Part shown: positions 29,673-56,615 of the stretch, piece by piece
Numbering within the stretch: the first letter of the stretch is position 1
Layout of the letters: every line of letters begins with the position of its first letter
Assembly (NCBI RefSeq): GCF_009914755.1
Contig: NC_060936.1
Reading direction: 5' to 3' (one strand)
Length of the DNA stretch: 64,000 bases
Source of the DNA: the human T2T-CHM13v2.0 reference genome, Homo sapiens
Program-made: the position numbers and the translations under genes
The notes under the pieces: model-generated
Database searches by the model: none
Told to the model about the DNA's origin: nothing
Seen by the model: only the letters and a program-made list of their open reading frames with translations

Positions 29673-29844
29673 GTAATTAGAAATATTCTTCTAAAATATT
29701 AATTTGCTTATTGAAAATATAGATGCTGGATGTGAAGCCTGGAATTATTTTTAATATCATGTTCAGATAGTCCATATACAATCATTTCTAATAACTATTG
29801 TAATAAGAGTATGCATTGCAAGGTCTCATGTGCTTGTTAGAAAC

Positions 29845-30152
29845 TTTCTTTCTTTCTTTCTTTCTTTTTTTTAATACTCACTCACTCTGTCACCCAGGCT
29901 GGAGTGCAGTGGCATGGTCCTGGCTCACTGCAACCTCTGCCTCCTGGGCTGAGGTGATTCTCATGCCTCAGCCTCCCGAGTAGCTGGGATTACAGGTGTG
30001 CACCACCACGCCCTGCTAATTTTTGTATTTTTAGTAGAGATGGGGTTTTGCCATGCTGGCCAGACTGGTCTCGAACTCCTGGCCTCAAGTGATCTGCCCA
30101 CCTCAGCCTTCCAAAGTGCCGAGATTACAGGCATAAGCCACCATGCCCGGCC
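29845..30152 (-). mobile_element. Alu (AluJb/S-like) with (CTTT)n tail
   Basis: Antisense Alu; TSD agaaactttcttt on both sides. Confidence 0.93.
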
Positions 30153-30669
30153 AAGAAACTTTCTTTCTAGAGTCAGCAAAAACACTAGAGGCATAAGGTT
30201 GAAGGTTATGAAATAAAAATACCAACTACAAACCAAAGTAATATCAGTTATATCGTAAAACACAAATATTCATTGGGAACTTTTATACCAGGGAAAGGTC
30301 AAATTGGGGTTAAGGTTATGGTCTGACAGGTTGACTGTTAGGGTAAGAAGGCTTTTCTTTTGCTAGAAGGGGCTCCCAGGATTACACCATTGGCAACTGC
30401 AAATAGGCCAGTAGAAGCCATATAAAATTACTATCCTTTGTCTTTACTGCCATTTTCCTTAAAAGAACAAAGTTTTGAAGCAGGCTCAGAAATGAGCATT
30501 ACTGTAATTTCAGGCGGTCTCAACAAATTCAAAAGCAACAAGAATCTCCCTCACCTGGTTGTTAATGCCTGAAAGTTTTAAAATAAGGAGACAACCCTTC
30601 ATTCCTCAATCAAAAATAATGAGCTTAAATATGCAAATATTGCTTCAGGCAAGGCGTTGATAATTCCAT

Positions 30670-31690
30670 TCAAATAAACAAATGCAGACTTAGCATTTTC
30701 TATGTACAAGGATGCTATGTGCTATGGGGGTATGGGTTTCAGAGGCATTTTAGAGGAGGAAGAGACAGGACTTAGATATTATGCGACTTGTGGGGATAAG
30801 AGAGAAAGGAGTGAAAAGTGACTGGGATTTCTGGTGTTAACTGACTGAGAAGTCTGTGACATTTACTAAGGGGATATGAGAGGTAGAACAAGTTCTTAGA
30901 GGAAGATGATTAATTTCATTGAGAATATTTTGAGTTTGGTTTTCCAGCAGGACGCCTTTGTGAATATGAGATGCCAGTAGGTTTATTTATCTAGTGCTGA
31001 CACTCAGGAGAGCATCAAGGCTAGAGATACAGATTTAGAAATTGTCCATTGAGTTCATCATCAAGATCTTGAAAATGGTATCTCCCAGGAAACGACTGTT
31101 TAACAGAAAAGACAGAAGGCCGGAATTGAACCCTAGGCATTGCTTAACATTTAGGAAGCAGAATTAGGAGATGGAACCAAGGAAGGATATTGAAAAGAAG
31201 CTGTCCAGAAAATGAAAGTCCAAGAAAGTGCATTGCTAGGGAAAGTGAAAGTATCACCAAAGAGGGACTGGCCAGAGATATTAAATATCAGTGCCAGGTC
31301 AGGCAGAGCAGCTGCTCAATAAAATGCCACAGAGAGGGTTGAGTAGAACACAAATGAAGAAGAGTTGGCAATTAGCAGGCCATTGGTGAATTCAAGAGAG
31401 CCACTTTTGTAGCATGATAGGCCAGAAATCATTTTGCAATTCGCTAAGGAAAAAAAAGAAAATGAAAAATCCTAACAAGCAAAGACCACTCATGTGAAGT
31501 TTGGTGGTAAAGAGGAGGAGAGCAGGCAGAAGCTTAGTGGGGAGGCAGGCTGAAGGAAAGAATTGTGGAGTGTGGAGAAAAGGCAGCCAGTAGAGAGAGA
31601 GAGACTGAAGAAGAAAATGTAGGCGATGATAACACTATGGTGGTCGAGCCTGGAGGACATAAGAGCTTATGGGGTGGAAAGAACAAAGGA
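30670..31690 (-). mobile_element. L2 LINE relic
   Basis: Purine-rich L2-like motifs (ctcaggagagcatcaaggctagagatacagatttag...). Confidence 0.6.
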
Positions 31691-31709
31691 TTTAGAAATA
31701 TTTTTTTTT

Positions 31710-32007
31710 GGCCGGGCGCGGTGGCTCACGCCTGTAATCCCAGCACTTTGGGAGGCCGAGACGGGCGGATCACGAGGTCAGGAGATCGAGACCATCCTGG
31801 CTAACACGGTGAAACCCCGTCTCTACTAAAAATACAAAAAAAATTAGCCGGGCATGGTGGCGCGTGCCTGTAGTCCCAGCTACACGGGAGGCTGAGGCCA
31901 GGAGAATGGCGTGAACCCGGGAGGCGGAGCTTGCAGTGAGTCGAGATCGCACCACTGCACTCCAGCCTGGGCGACAGAGCGAAACTCCGTCTCAAAAAAA
32001 AAAAAAA
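31710..32007 (+). mobile_element. Young AluY element, AluYg6-type
   Basis: CpG-rich; carries GAGACGGG, GGCATGG, GGCGCG, TACACGG, GAGTCGAG and GCGAAACT variants; TSD agaaatattttttttt. Confidence 0.88.
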
Positions 32008-32591
32008 GAAATATTTTTTTTTTTTGTGGGGAATGTGAACAAGGAGACATCAGGGATAAATGGAATTGTTATTGAGATGCAGTAATGACTCAGTTGATGT
32101 AATCGAACATGAATTTGTACTGAAGCCCAGCTCCTAGTGGCTAAAGATTCCATTTGATTCATCTTTATACCTAAGGGTCTAGAACAGTGTCTTGTACATA
32201 GTAGGCATTCATCAATTGTTAGTTAGCGTGAATGAAAGAAAGAATGAGTGAGCAAAATCAGTAAGTGATCGTTGTCACAGAGATAGAAAAATTGGACAGT
32301 GACATCTAGATTCTGAAAATCTATAGTGATTTTGTTATCTTGATAAAAAATAACTTTATGTATTAGAACCCCCAAAATTGCCACTAATTAATTTTGTGTA
32401 TCTGTGACATAATATTTCAGTAGTTTAATTTTCTTAGTTGTGAGCTTGTCTGTGCAAGAATAGCTGTTCTAAATACTTTTGTTGCTTTTTTGGGATCTTT
32501 GTGTAGATACTGAGAACAAATCAATGTAAAAAGACCAGTTGACCTGCTAAATAAATTTATATTTATACCTGCCATTTACTTCATATTGCAG

Positions 32592-32739
32592 ATTACATTC
32601 AGATATTTTGGCAGAGACTTCTTCAATCCTCTTGTACCTTTTTCTTAGAAATATTTTTGTAACAAGTGACATCAAAATTAAAGAAGAAAATCTTTTCTGT
32701 GATAATATTAAAGGCAATGAGATTTTCCCATCTCAACAA
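32592..32739 (+). CDS. CFAP54: CFAP54 exon G (RLHSDILAETSSILLYLFLRNIFVTSDIKIKEENLFCDNIKGNEIFPSQQ)
   Basis: catattgcag|A acceptor completes the phase-2 codon; CAA|GTAAGT donor; 148 nt. Confidence 0.9.
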
Positions 32740-34392
32740 GTAAGTGAATTAAAGTGACTAAAAACATGTCAGATTCACTGTATTTTTTTCTTGATGTTTT
32801 AAGATCATGTTTTTTGAGTGATTGCATAGCTTGTCTGGTGAATGGACTGAAAGGACATTGTATGATTATGCGACTTTATGTGATATTTCATATAAGTTTC
32901 ACAGGCCTGAGTTCATGTTTTTTTCTCTTCTTTTCAATTTATCTCTTTTCCCCCTGTGTGTAAAAGTATTATATATTTCAGACATTTGAAAATATATAAT
33001 GTATAAAGTGAAACCCGTTGTAATCTTATTACCTCTAAGAATACAACAATTTTGCTTTCATATAATTTCTCTAATTTAAGAACATATGCCTAGACAAATC
33101 TGTTATTATTATTTATGAAAATGGGATTATGATCTACTTGCTATTCTGCAACTTGCCTTTTTAACACTTTTATAATCTATCTTGCACATATTTTCATGCT
33201 GTTATATATCAATCTGTCACATTTGTTTCAATTATAATATTGTCTTCATGGAGGCAGGAATGTAACCTATCTCCTATTGATAGATTCTCAGTGTGGTTAT
33301 GAACATTGCTGTATGTACATCTGCAACTCTATAATGCTCTTGTATTTAGTAATGATCCTACATTATTTTTTTTTCATTCCTGCTTGAAGTTCACTTTTCT
33401 TTCTCTCTTTCCTTCTTTAGGTATGGATGTTTTAGCTGTCTATGTTTTTTACAGTTGCTATTTCCTACCCATCCATTAACTAATTAATTAATTAACCAAG
33501 ACATTGTTACATGGGACTATGCCAGTTTCTGGGGATATAAAAGTGGAAAAAATGATTCTTTGCCCCAGACAAGTTCACTGTCCTGTAGAGCCCAAGTACT
33601 CACAACCATCTCAACCTGTTCCTACTAAATTGCCTTCAGTTTCTTCTTTCAGCGTATTCAATCTGAAAACAAAGACAATTTTCAAGTACTTCAATGAATT
33701 CCAGAATGCTAGACTACCATTTTAGTAAAAACTGACTACATGGAAATTTCTGGTTACCACTCAGACAGTTTCTTTATACATAATCTTAAATATATATATA
33801 TAGAAAAATAATGAAATCTTTCCCCAGGAAAGGAAAAAGAGGAGTAAGAAAGGCTAACTATTCTTTTTAAGTGGCATTTACTCTCAAAACCTTAACTTTA
33901 CATTTTACTATCATTTAAATTTAAGTAGCAGAAGTATAATTAGCAGAAGCATAATAGGAGGTTAGCTTGGTTTACTGAAAATTTACCGTTTTCTTTCAAA
34001 TCAAAAAAGGAAATGAGAACCTGTTAATCAAATGGGGGCAATATTATAGAGATGTTATATATTTTAATTGTTAATATAATTTATATTTTTGAAAACTAGA
34101 TTTTTTAAACATAAAAATATAGCCAAGTTTTTAGCTTATTGATAAAAAAACTGGTTTCTGTTATGGTACTTGTATTGTTTTATAAAAAATTTTGAAGTTT
34201 AATTCTAAGATCGTGCTATCTATAGGTAGCATTATTGGAGAGTTAGAGTTGTTTCTGAATTTAGATTTTTTAAAATACAAACACTCATGTTGTTTTTAGC
34301 CAGAAGGATCACATTTTCTACCCATTCTCCGTAGAGACACATACGCTAAGCACCTATGTTGAATCTGAGTAACAATGCCTGTTTCTTTACAG

Positions 34393-34548
34393 ATTGCCAG
34401 ACTGATTGAATGTGAGAGAGTATTAGTGGCATTGGAACTTAGCAACTTCCTAAATGATTCCAGCTATGCCCTTCAAGCTGTGACTCAATGTTATGGACTT
34501 CTTGCTCCCATAATTTATCACAATATTGTTTTGGTACCTGTTGTACAG
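34393..34548 (+). CDS. CFAP54: CFAP54 exon H (IARLIECERVLVALELSNFLNDSSYALQAVTQCYGLLAPIIYHNIVLVPVVQ)
   Basis: tttctttacag|ATT acceptor, CAG|GTAAGG donor; 156 nt, phase 0-0. Confidence 0.93.
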
Positions 34549-34997
34549 GTAAGGGTATTCCTCTCCCCAAGAGAAGGGAATCTTTATAAAGGCAACTTAA
34601 CAATTCATTTTAGAAAAGAAAAGCCATGTATCTCTTATAAAGGGCAAATAGGTCAGGAATCAGTATTATGAAATTTTAGGAGTTAACTGAAAAACACTTT
34701 AATAAATTATATGTCTGGGCACATATAGATAAGGACATAAAATAGGTTTCTCTGAAAATATTCGTCCCTGTTCCTGTCCATATTTAAATATTGGCAATTT
34801 ACCTTTCTAGAGTTTTAAAGTTATTTTAATTTTTATGTTCTTGTAGTGTCAGAAACAACATTTATTCAAGGCATATTGTTAAATCCATCATCTGGAGAAA
34901 AACATGGTGGGAGACCCAAGACAAAATACCTGGTGTCTTGGTGTTGGAGGAGTTAGGATTTACAGAAAAAGGGTAGCTGAGACCTGGCTGAAGGGAT

Positions 34998-35501
34998 TAT
35001 ATAGTTTTTCATGTTTCTTAACATATCACCATGGATTTAGTGGCTTGAAAGGACACTCATTTACATTCTCATAGTTTCTGTGGGTTAAGAGGTTGAATAT
35101 GGGTTAGCTGGGTCTTCTGTTTAGGGTCTTATGAGGTTGAAATCAAAGTCTTGGCCAGGGCTGTGATTTCCTCTGAGGCTTGAGGTCCTTTTCTGAGTTC
35201 ACTGTTATTGATAGAATTCATTTCCTTGAGGTTTTACATAGGAGGTCCTTAGCTCCTAAAGGCCAACTACTAATTCCTTGCCACATGGCCCTTCCACATC
35301 ATGGCCCTTTGCCTTTTCAAGGCTGTTGGAGAGTCTCCTCCAGTATGCTGTGAGGAGCCTTATCTAGGGTAATGAAATCATGAGACTGATGAGCTTATCA
35401 CATTCAGGAGCCCCACCCACACTCAAGGGGAAGGAATCATACAGGGCATGTACACCAGGGGGAAGAATCTTGGGGACCATCTTAGAATTCTGCTTACCAC
35501 A
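34998..35501 (-). mobile_element. MLT1 (MLT1D-like) MaLR LTR
   Basis: ttagtggcttgaaa...ctcatagtttctgtggg...gttagctgggtc...ttagaattctgcttaccaca. Confidence 0.75.
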
Positions 35502-36539
35502 GGAAAGTAATGAGAGATGTAAGATTTTGCTGCTGAGACTTGCAGAAAGTTATCGCCGTCATTGTCACTGTCATTGTCAGCATCATGATCATCACTGACA
35601 CATTTTTTGTCATCCTAGAAGATGTGAGTGAACTCACACAAAGTCCAAACATTTTTAGTACATGATCGAGAAGACTAACTAGACAGCTTGAGTAACTTAA
35701 AAAAGATTCACCTTGGAGGGGCTCTACGGAGCATAGGTGTGTCTCCTCCTACATTCCCTACAGCTGCTGGAGATCTGCCTCCAGAGTCTAAAATCTAGAC
35801 TCATAGTTGACAGCCTTCTGGGTCAGTTGTAAATAGATAGAGCATTTCTCTCAAGTGTGGAGTATGGTTCATCCAAAACCCAAAGGTGCCGACCTGGTAT
35901 GGTCTTTCTTTTTAAAGGTGAGAGATGCCAGATATCAGACCTACTTTGGAGGGGGTATCCCAGCCTCCCCCAGATATTTAATGTGGCAGCCCTCTGAACC
36001 TTCATTGAGTCTATTTTTACCCATTGGAAGGTGTTTATCAAGGTCTTCAATGTACTTCACATTTCTTGATCATTAAGTCTGAGTAACATGATGTCATTGA
36101 TATAGTGGCCCAATGTTTTGTTTTGAGGAATGTCCAGAAAGTTCATATCCTTTCACATAAAATTATGTCAGAAGTTATAAGAATATTCATTGTCTTGGGA
36201 CAAGACTTGAAATGCATACTTTCATCTGTCCAGTGTTAATGAGAACTCGGATAGAAAAGAAAACATTAGCTATATCAATGCATACCTTTTAATATGTGTT
36301 AGCTTAGCAAAGATACCACATTGGGAACAGCAGCTGCTCAATTGGCTGAGTTTACGGTAGTCCACTGTTACTTTCTAGAATCCCACTGATTCAGGATACC
36401 TTTGGCTAGAGAATGGATTATAGCTATGGGAAGTCTTAGGAAAGAAGTCTCTAATTGAATTGTATTGTTTGGAATTGGAAAAGATCAGTAGAACAGAGGG
36501 TAGTTTCCAGAAATAGGCCTCAATATATATGAGAATGTA

Positions 36540-37990
36540 ATATATGACAGAGTTGTCATTCCCATTCAGTGGAAAGAGAATGGACATTTTTACTAAATGA
36601 TGGTAAAATGTCTAGATATTCATCTGAGAGAAAATAGAGTTTGACCCCTATTTGTACCATGTACAAAAAGTCCAGATTTATCAAAGACTTAAGTGTAAAA
36701 TAAAGCAAAAACTTTAGGAAAAATTTCCCAGGAGATGACGTGTGCAGTCCGGGGTTTGGGGGGAAACATTTCTAACCAAGACTGAACTTCTAACAGCAAC
36801 AAAGAACCTATGTGTAACAAAAAGGACTATAACAAAGATAGAAGAACATTTACAGATTTGGAAAAAAAATATCTCCAAATGCGACAGAGGGCAAGTATAT
36901 ATACATGTATAACAAAAAGTCTTACAAACTGACAATAACCTAATAGAAAAATAGGCACAGGATATGAATAAGCAGTTCACAGGAGAGCAAATCCAAGTGA
37001 GTGAGAAACATATGAAAAGATGCTCAAATTCTAAATACTCATAGAAATTCACATTAAATTAACAATGTAATATCACTGGCAGGATTGAAAAGATTTGCTG
37101 GTGAAGATGTGGGGCAATTGCATTCTCATTCATACATGGGGGAAATGTGAATTGTTACAAGCATTTGAATTTTGGTAAAGTAATTTTAATTTAAATTAAA
37201 TTAAATCTAATTTTAAGCAAGATTAAAAACAAATATACCTGACACGGTAGTCCCTCTGCTAGTAATTTATCCTGTAGAATAAAATTTTAATAAAATTAAA
37301 AATACATTTATCTGACACAACAATTCTTCTGTTAGTAATTTATCTTATAGAATAAAACCTCCATTTGAAATAATGTCACTCCTAGTTCCACCTCTTGGTT
37401 CCTGGACCTGAGGAACCTACTGGGACACAGTGTTATGTACTGTCATTGGTTTAGAATGTATACTGTGTTCTGGAGGATGGTATCTCATCTTCACTGGGTA
37501 TCATCTCAAAGCCGGCATCTTGATTGCTAATCATAGTTGGCAACTGAGCATGTAAAAGGGTATTTACTGTGACATTCTTGGTGTTGGCAAAAAAGCTGGT
37601 GACAAAGAGAAGTAACAGTACCCCCAGATTGTACAACCATGAAAATGTGTACCATGAAGTCCTAGAAAAGGCTGAGTAAATAATGGCTGATCCACACCAA
37701 ATAATATTATGCAGCCATTAGAAACAAACAATGAATTAGAGCTATACCTGTAGACTTACAGCATTTCTCACCAGACATGGTTGTCCAAAAACCATGTCTG
37801 GTGAGAAATGTTCACAACCAAAGATATGGTTGAAGGAAAAAATACACACTTCAGAAAAGTATTTATAAATCCCATTTTGTAAAACAACAACCCTCCTAGG
37901 TACATTATGTTTTTATACACATGTATGTATTTATATTTATATGAGCTTCGGGAAAACTCCAAAACTACTAGGGTGTTCACATGATTTAGG
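36540..37990 (+). mobile_element. Ancient L1 (L1ME-like) 3' fragment
   Basis: Degraded ORF2 C-terminal and 3' motifs (aaggacttaa-like, catatgaaaagatgctcaa, tatgcagccatta). Confidence 0.65.
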
Positions 37991-38746
37991 GATATGATAT
38001 GGTAGCATGGGAGAGGCTGATTAGGGTGGGGAGGAATTTAAAAAGTCTTAGAGATGAGTGTACTGTAACAATAGTAACAGTATTGTTAGAATGAGAGCTT
38101 GAAGCAATTAATGTGCCCCCAAAGAACCAACATTCATATATTAATTTGTCCTTTGGGTTAATCTAAATGGTGAATGATTGATGCAATCTCACACTACCTT
38201 TGAAAAGCTATTCGTCTAGCTCTTGATCAAATTTAAGATCATATAATACGAAGCAAGGAGAATAGGAAGTAAGTACCAATATTAGTTGATTTCCTGAGAT
38301 ATGAATGTTTGGTTTTAATTTTAAAGGAAACTATTATTTCAAGTACCTGGAATCACTATGTAATATTTAATATGCCATATAAGCTTCCATTTGGTTTTTC
38401 AAGTTCCTTCTATACCTGGATGTGATAGTTTTTCAAATACATGTCACATTCTGACTATACCTTTTATGATACTTATCAAAATATGCTTTGTTTTATAGTC
38501 ATTTGTGTTTTATTTTATTCTTTCCACTGATTTTCAAGTTGCTGTAGGTGAAGGACTAATCTCAAAATTGAATGTATCAACTTTATCTCAGTGTACTCTC
38601 CTTTATTCCTAATAAACAATTTATCAATAATTATTGATAACAAAATTTTATGTCTTAAAGCTTGCATTATTTGAATGGAACATTTTCTAATGAAATGAGT
38701 AAGGATGACATTTTAAAACAAAAATCATTGTGATTCTAATTTTTAG

Positions 38747-38869
38747 ATCCTGATAAAGTGTATAGTGGTTTTGCAAGGACTACCAAGTATTGTCTGCTCG
38801 AAGAAACATACTGCGAGCTTTGAAAGTATACAACACATGATAGCTTGTTGTATTTTCTACATAACAAAG
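38747..38869 (+). CDS. CFAP54: CFAP54 exon I (ILIKCIVVLQGLPSIVCSKKHTASFESIQHMIACCIFYITK)
   Basis: ctaatttttag|ATC acceptor, AAG|GTATTT donor; 123 nt, phase 0-0. Confidence 0.9.
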
Positions 38870-39108
38870 GTATTTATCTCATTCTTTATCTAGTATTATA
38901 ATATTTAGGAGCGATGATGATTTGGAAAGTCTACTTTTAATCACAATAAGAACACTTTTAAAAATGGCACCCTAAAAGCATTTTTAGATCAAAAGCAAAT
39001 GTAGAGGCCAAACATTATAGAATAGCAATCTGTTGTTGAACTTTTTGATGAAACTGTGGTGCTTCACAAACTAAAACTTGATGTTATTGAAATAGCATTA
39101 GTATATCT

Positions 39109-45219
<6,111 letters not shown>

Positions 45220-48200
45220 GCATTTGTATATTTTATAAGCATTATATATGGTCACACAGAACGTATTTGTTTAAACCCTAAAACATTAATTATATATTTA
45301 TTATACTGCGTTAAACCTGCATATCATCTTATCAGGTTGTGATTTTAGTGGAACCTGCAGGCAGACTTTAAGTATCTTAACCCAGCCATTGAGACAGTGG
45401 GGCTTAGAAGGTATCAAGAAACCAAACAGCTGGATTATAAGTGAAGAGTCAATCAGTAATGGAGGGGTGTGTTAATCTCATGACATTAGAATGTAAACAA
45501 TAATGTTAGGCCTGAAGGAAAGGGCTGACTAGGCAGACTCTAAGGACAATTCTGAGATTGGTGTGCAGGACCCTGAACTCAAAAAGGACAAACTGGAGAG
45601 GTGAATTCAGACTGTGCCAGTCAAGAGTGCTGTATCTGGACATCTAAACCCACGAGAAGACATAGGCAAGAGTGTGGTCAGAATAGAAACAGATTTTTCA
45701 TTTTTGTTTCATTCCTTCATTCAATATGTATTTACGATTACCTATTTGTGTCAGGCACTGGTTTGGGCTCTTGACATATGCATGAAGAATTAAAGAGAAG
45801 TCCATAGTAATTGTAGGAGGAGAAGAATGAATCATGAATGACACCCAGGTTTCTAGCTTAGGTGATGAACGGATGGTGGTGACACAACAGGGATGCAGGA
45901 AGATGACCACTAAGGGATAGGATGATTGGGGAAGGCTTCACTCTGGGGATGAGACTTAGGTATGCTCTGAGCAAGAGTTACAAACTCAAATGCCTACTGA
46001 GACCAAGCAGGTAAAATAATTGGTGAATTGGTTGAATGTAAGACAAGGTTTGTTGGGTCCTGAGACAAACTAGAGATTAGGTGTACCTACCTGTAGGCAT
46101 CCTTTATTTAAAAAGAAACCAACATCATCTCACAGAGCTTGTGATTTAGTGGGGGGGTGACAAAAAACAAACATACGCATAAAATACAATTTCATGAAGC
46201 TTTAAGTGTTATAAGCAAAAAGAAAAGCATTTAAAGGAGATAGATTTATGGAGCTGAGCCTATTTTAGACGGGATGACCCTGTAGCAAGAGGAAGAGTAG
46301 AGCTGAGACAGATGGAGGAGGAACAGCTTTGTTGGCAGAGGGCATGAAGGACTATGCAAGTGAATAGACTTAGAGGTTCATGACCAATTTTAGCCTACAG
46401 TTGAGTGGGCAGGTTTCAGCAGGGCAGACCATTCATGTGGAGCAATGGATTCCCAACCTGTTGACTTGAGAGTTATTGTAAGAGGTCTATATAGCCATAG
46501 TCGTGCTTAGCATTGTCTGTAAACAGAATCACTGTATTCCCACGTGTTTTGTGTTTGTTACAAAAATATGGGAAAACAATTAAAATAGTTAACTAAATTT
46601 ATTTAGGCTTTAATGAGAAGAAATACTAGAAAGTATTTATTGTAGCTCAAAGGCTTGCAGGAAGGCTATTTGTTTTAAGGTAAAGAGATGAGGAATTCTG
46701 AATAGACAGCAGCTTAATCACACATCCCCGACTTTTCTCTTTTTCAATTTTTATTTTGGCAGATTATAGTAGCCTGAGCGGGCCAGTTGGTAAAGGCTGG
46801 AGGGGGTATCTTAGGCCAGAATATCTGAGAAAAAGGCTTTTTATGGAACCTCATTCACCTTGGAAACGAGAAGGAACTGAGACAAGAGGCAGAGAGGTCA
46901 GCTTGTTTGTTCTCGTTGCTTGGCTCAAAGACCAGCATTGTGTGGTTCCTCAAAGGCTTTCATTGACAGAATCCAGTGATTCCCTCAAAGAACGTCCATA
47001 TCTGCCTGCCTGTTTTTATGTGGTTCTCATAGGACCTTTGCAGTTTGACCAGAGATCTGGAAGAATGCTGTGTAGGTGAGCTCATTTGAGCCATTGCTTT
47101 AGTTAGGATGTAAGCTTGCTTCTGTGGAGGTCTTGCAACAGAGAGGCTTCTACCCTCCACCTTAGCAAAGAAGCCATTATTTGCTTTCTGTTCATGGCCT
47201 GACCTCAAGAGCAGGAAATAATATTTGTTCCATTGCTCACTGACTTACCAGTGCTGGAGAGACTGCTATGACCTGGTCTGTGTAGATGCTGAGGGAACAT
47301 AAGCCATTAGCAGGAAGAAAAAAGCAATTACTCGCTGAAGGAGACTCCATACTCCAAGGGAAGAAGAGCAAGCCAGACACCAAAATCATTGTGTTTTTAC
47401 TCTCATCATGTTGGAAAAAGACTAGAGAAGACTTGGTTAAAAAAAAAAAGGCAGAGAGCACTTTTAAGGAGATACAATCATGTGATCTAAAAGAAAACAA
47501 ACAAAAATAACCCTTCTGTAACTGAACAAATGAATTTGATTTTTTAATCAAAAATCAAATAGATGAAAATTATGGTTATGGTATTTCTTGAGTCAAATCT
47601 GAAAGCTCAAGAAATACCCCTTCCAACATAGTACAGAATTACCTAGAGGTGGTAAATGAATTCAAAAGGCAGATCCAGAAGTCATAACTTGAAAACAAAA
47701 GAAGTCTGGAGGTAGAAAAGAAAAGCAAATGCAGAAGGAATAGGCTTCCTGAGTCCCAGGCAGGATTAATATAAGAATACATATGGAAATACATGTGGGT
47801 GAAATCCCTGAAGTCAAAGGATAAGGACAAATCTTAAAGTTTTGTGACCCAAAGAACATTTATTTGCAATGGAAAGAGAATCAATTAGCTTCAGACTTTT
47901 TTTTTTTTTTAAATCAGTGATGCTAGAAGTTAAAACACTGGAGCAACATTTGTAGAATCCTGAGGGAAAAAGACCGAGGTCCAAAAATTAATATCCAGGA
48001 AAGATATCATTCGTCAGGGCAAAATAAACATTTTCAGAAGTGCGGGCATTTAAAAAGTATTCTGCCCATGTACTTATCTGAGGAAAACACTTGAGGAAAT
48101 ACTCTATCAAATGACAATTGATTCAGAACAGAAATCCCAAGACAGGGGAAGACGAAAAGGAGAGGAATAATGGGAGCAATGAATCTTGCAATATATGTAT

Positions 48201-48399
48201 TATTAAAATTAATTAGATAATAATGATGTGACTAGGACTTTGTAATATAAATGCTAAGTAGGGATTCTTTAAAGAGAAGAGTCATTCTTGAAAGAAAAAT
48301 TTATTAGTAACCTTGACCTAAAACTTCCATTGTGTTTGGCGTAAGGAGAGGTATGAGCAGGTAAAGATTTTTGGTGCATGGTTGTGCATTTTATATATG

Positions 48400-48400
48400 C

Positions 48401-48435
<35 letters not shown>

Positions 48436-48452
48436 TACGCACACACATACAT
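48400..48452. repeat. Compound (TA)n(CA)n microsatellite
   Basis: Directly visible. Confidence 0.9.
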
Positions 48453-48559
48453 ATAAAATTATTTTTTGATAGAATATAAATATGTCTCTCTATATACATG
48501 TTTAAAGGTGACTCAGAGAAATATGTGACCATGAGCAGAACTTTACAGCATAGTAGGAC

Positions 48560-48861
<302 letters not shown>

Positions 48862-50501
48862 GCATAGTAGGACTTCTAAACTGACAGGGAGGAAAAAATG
48901 AACAGAGAGGAATAAGAGAGAGAAAACAGGAACAGGAAAAACTGACAGGCAGGGAGAAAAAATGGCTAATTTTCAGCAAAAGTAAGAAGGAAAAAGAGAA
49001 GATATAAGATGGAAGAAATATAATTAAGTATATTGATCACTTCACTGAATGTGAGGGAATTCAGAAGACAGAAATTACCAGATGGGCTAAAAAGTTAGGT
49101 TCAAATGTATACTATTTCAAGAAACAGTCCTAAAACACGATGACAAACAATGCTTGAAAAAATGAATGGGTAGACAGTGGTACTGGGAAAATGCAAACAA
49201 AGGAGGAGAGGCAATTTTCATATCAGAAAAAGCAGAGTTCAGGGCCCAAAATATTAATCAGAACAGAGAGTGTTTATGTAGTGTCCTTCAAATCTGTTCT
49301 GTCAGATCACCCTTCTCTGCTCCTGAATGGCATTTGGTCACTTTCTGGTCTTAGGACAGTGTCATTGTCAAGTATTAAAAATTGAGTCTGAATTAAAACA
49401 AAACTTGAATTTTTTGCAATAGCAAGGTAAAGGAGACAAATAAGATTATATGAAAAATGCCACAAAGGCATTTGATAACACTTAGTAACCTTTCCTAATA
49501 AAATTTCTAATAAATTAGGAAAGGAAAGAAGCTATTGAATAATGACAAAGACATTTACCAACATTTTACAGCAAATATCATACTGAATGGCAATTTTCTG
49601 GAGCCATTTCTTTAAAAATCAGCCACAGGAAATAGATGCTGACTCCTAACAGTGAGATTCAGTATTTTTAGAGGTTCTTTCTCATATTCTAGATAAGGAT
49701 AGAAAATAATTTTATAATATTAGAAAAGTATAATTTATCTGTAATTGTACTGGTCTCAAAACCCCATGACGATCTGGTAAAAAAATTACTAGGATTACAA
49801 AGAGAATATGTAAAGTGATTCTATGTAATACACTTACAAAATGATAGGTTTTTAAAAATACTAGCAATAGTTAGAAATGGAGAGGGTAAGATATACCACT
49901 CATAATACACAATATTTAAAACTTAACAAAATGTTAAAGAATCTAAATAAAAGAACCATGGGATCTTACTGAGGGACACAAAATAAGATCTGAATATAGG
50001 ACAGGTCACACCAAGTTCCTGAACAGGTAGACTTATTGTCACAGAAGTGCAGATCCTTCCTAAAATAATATTTAAATTTAATACAGTTCTAATTAGAATT
50101 CTAATTGGGTTTCTCTGAACCTGATTAATTTAAAAGTTCTCAATAGATATTAAAGTTTGCCATAAGGCCACTTTAATAAAAAAATGATGTCACAGAGTGA
50201 TGGGCAAACAGTTCGGTGCAATAGAATAGAGAGTCCAGGAATGGCCCCTAAGTCTACAGAAGAAATTAATATATGACAAAGGTAGCAATTTGATTCATTG
50301 AGAAAATGATAGTGTGTTATAATAGTTTATTTAATGAAAGGTGCTGGTATAACTTGACTCTTCATCTGAAAGTAAACAAAGCCAGAACCTTGTCTCATGC
50401 CATAAACAAAATGAAGTCTAGGTGGATTTAAGGATATTTATATGGCCTTGGAGTCAGGGGACACTTTCTTTGATAAGCCACAAAATTCAAAAGATAAACA
50501 G

Positions 50502-56615
<6,114 letters not shown>

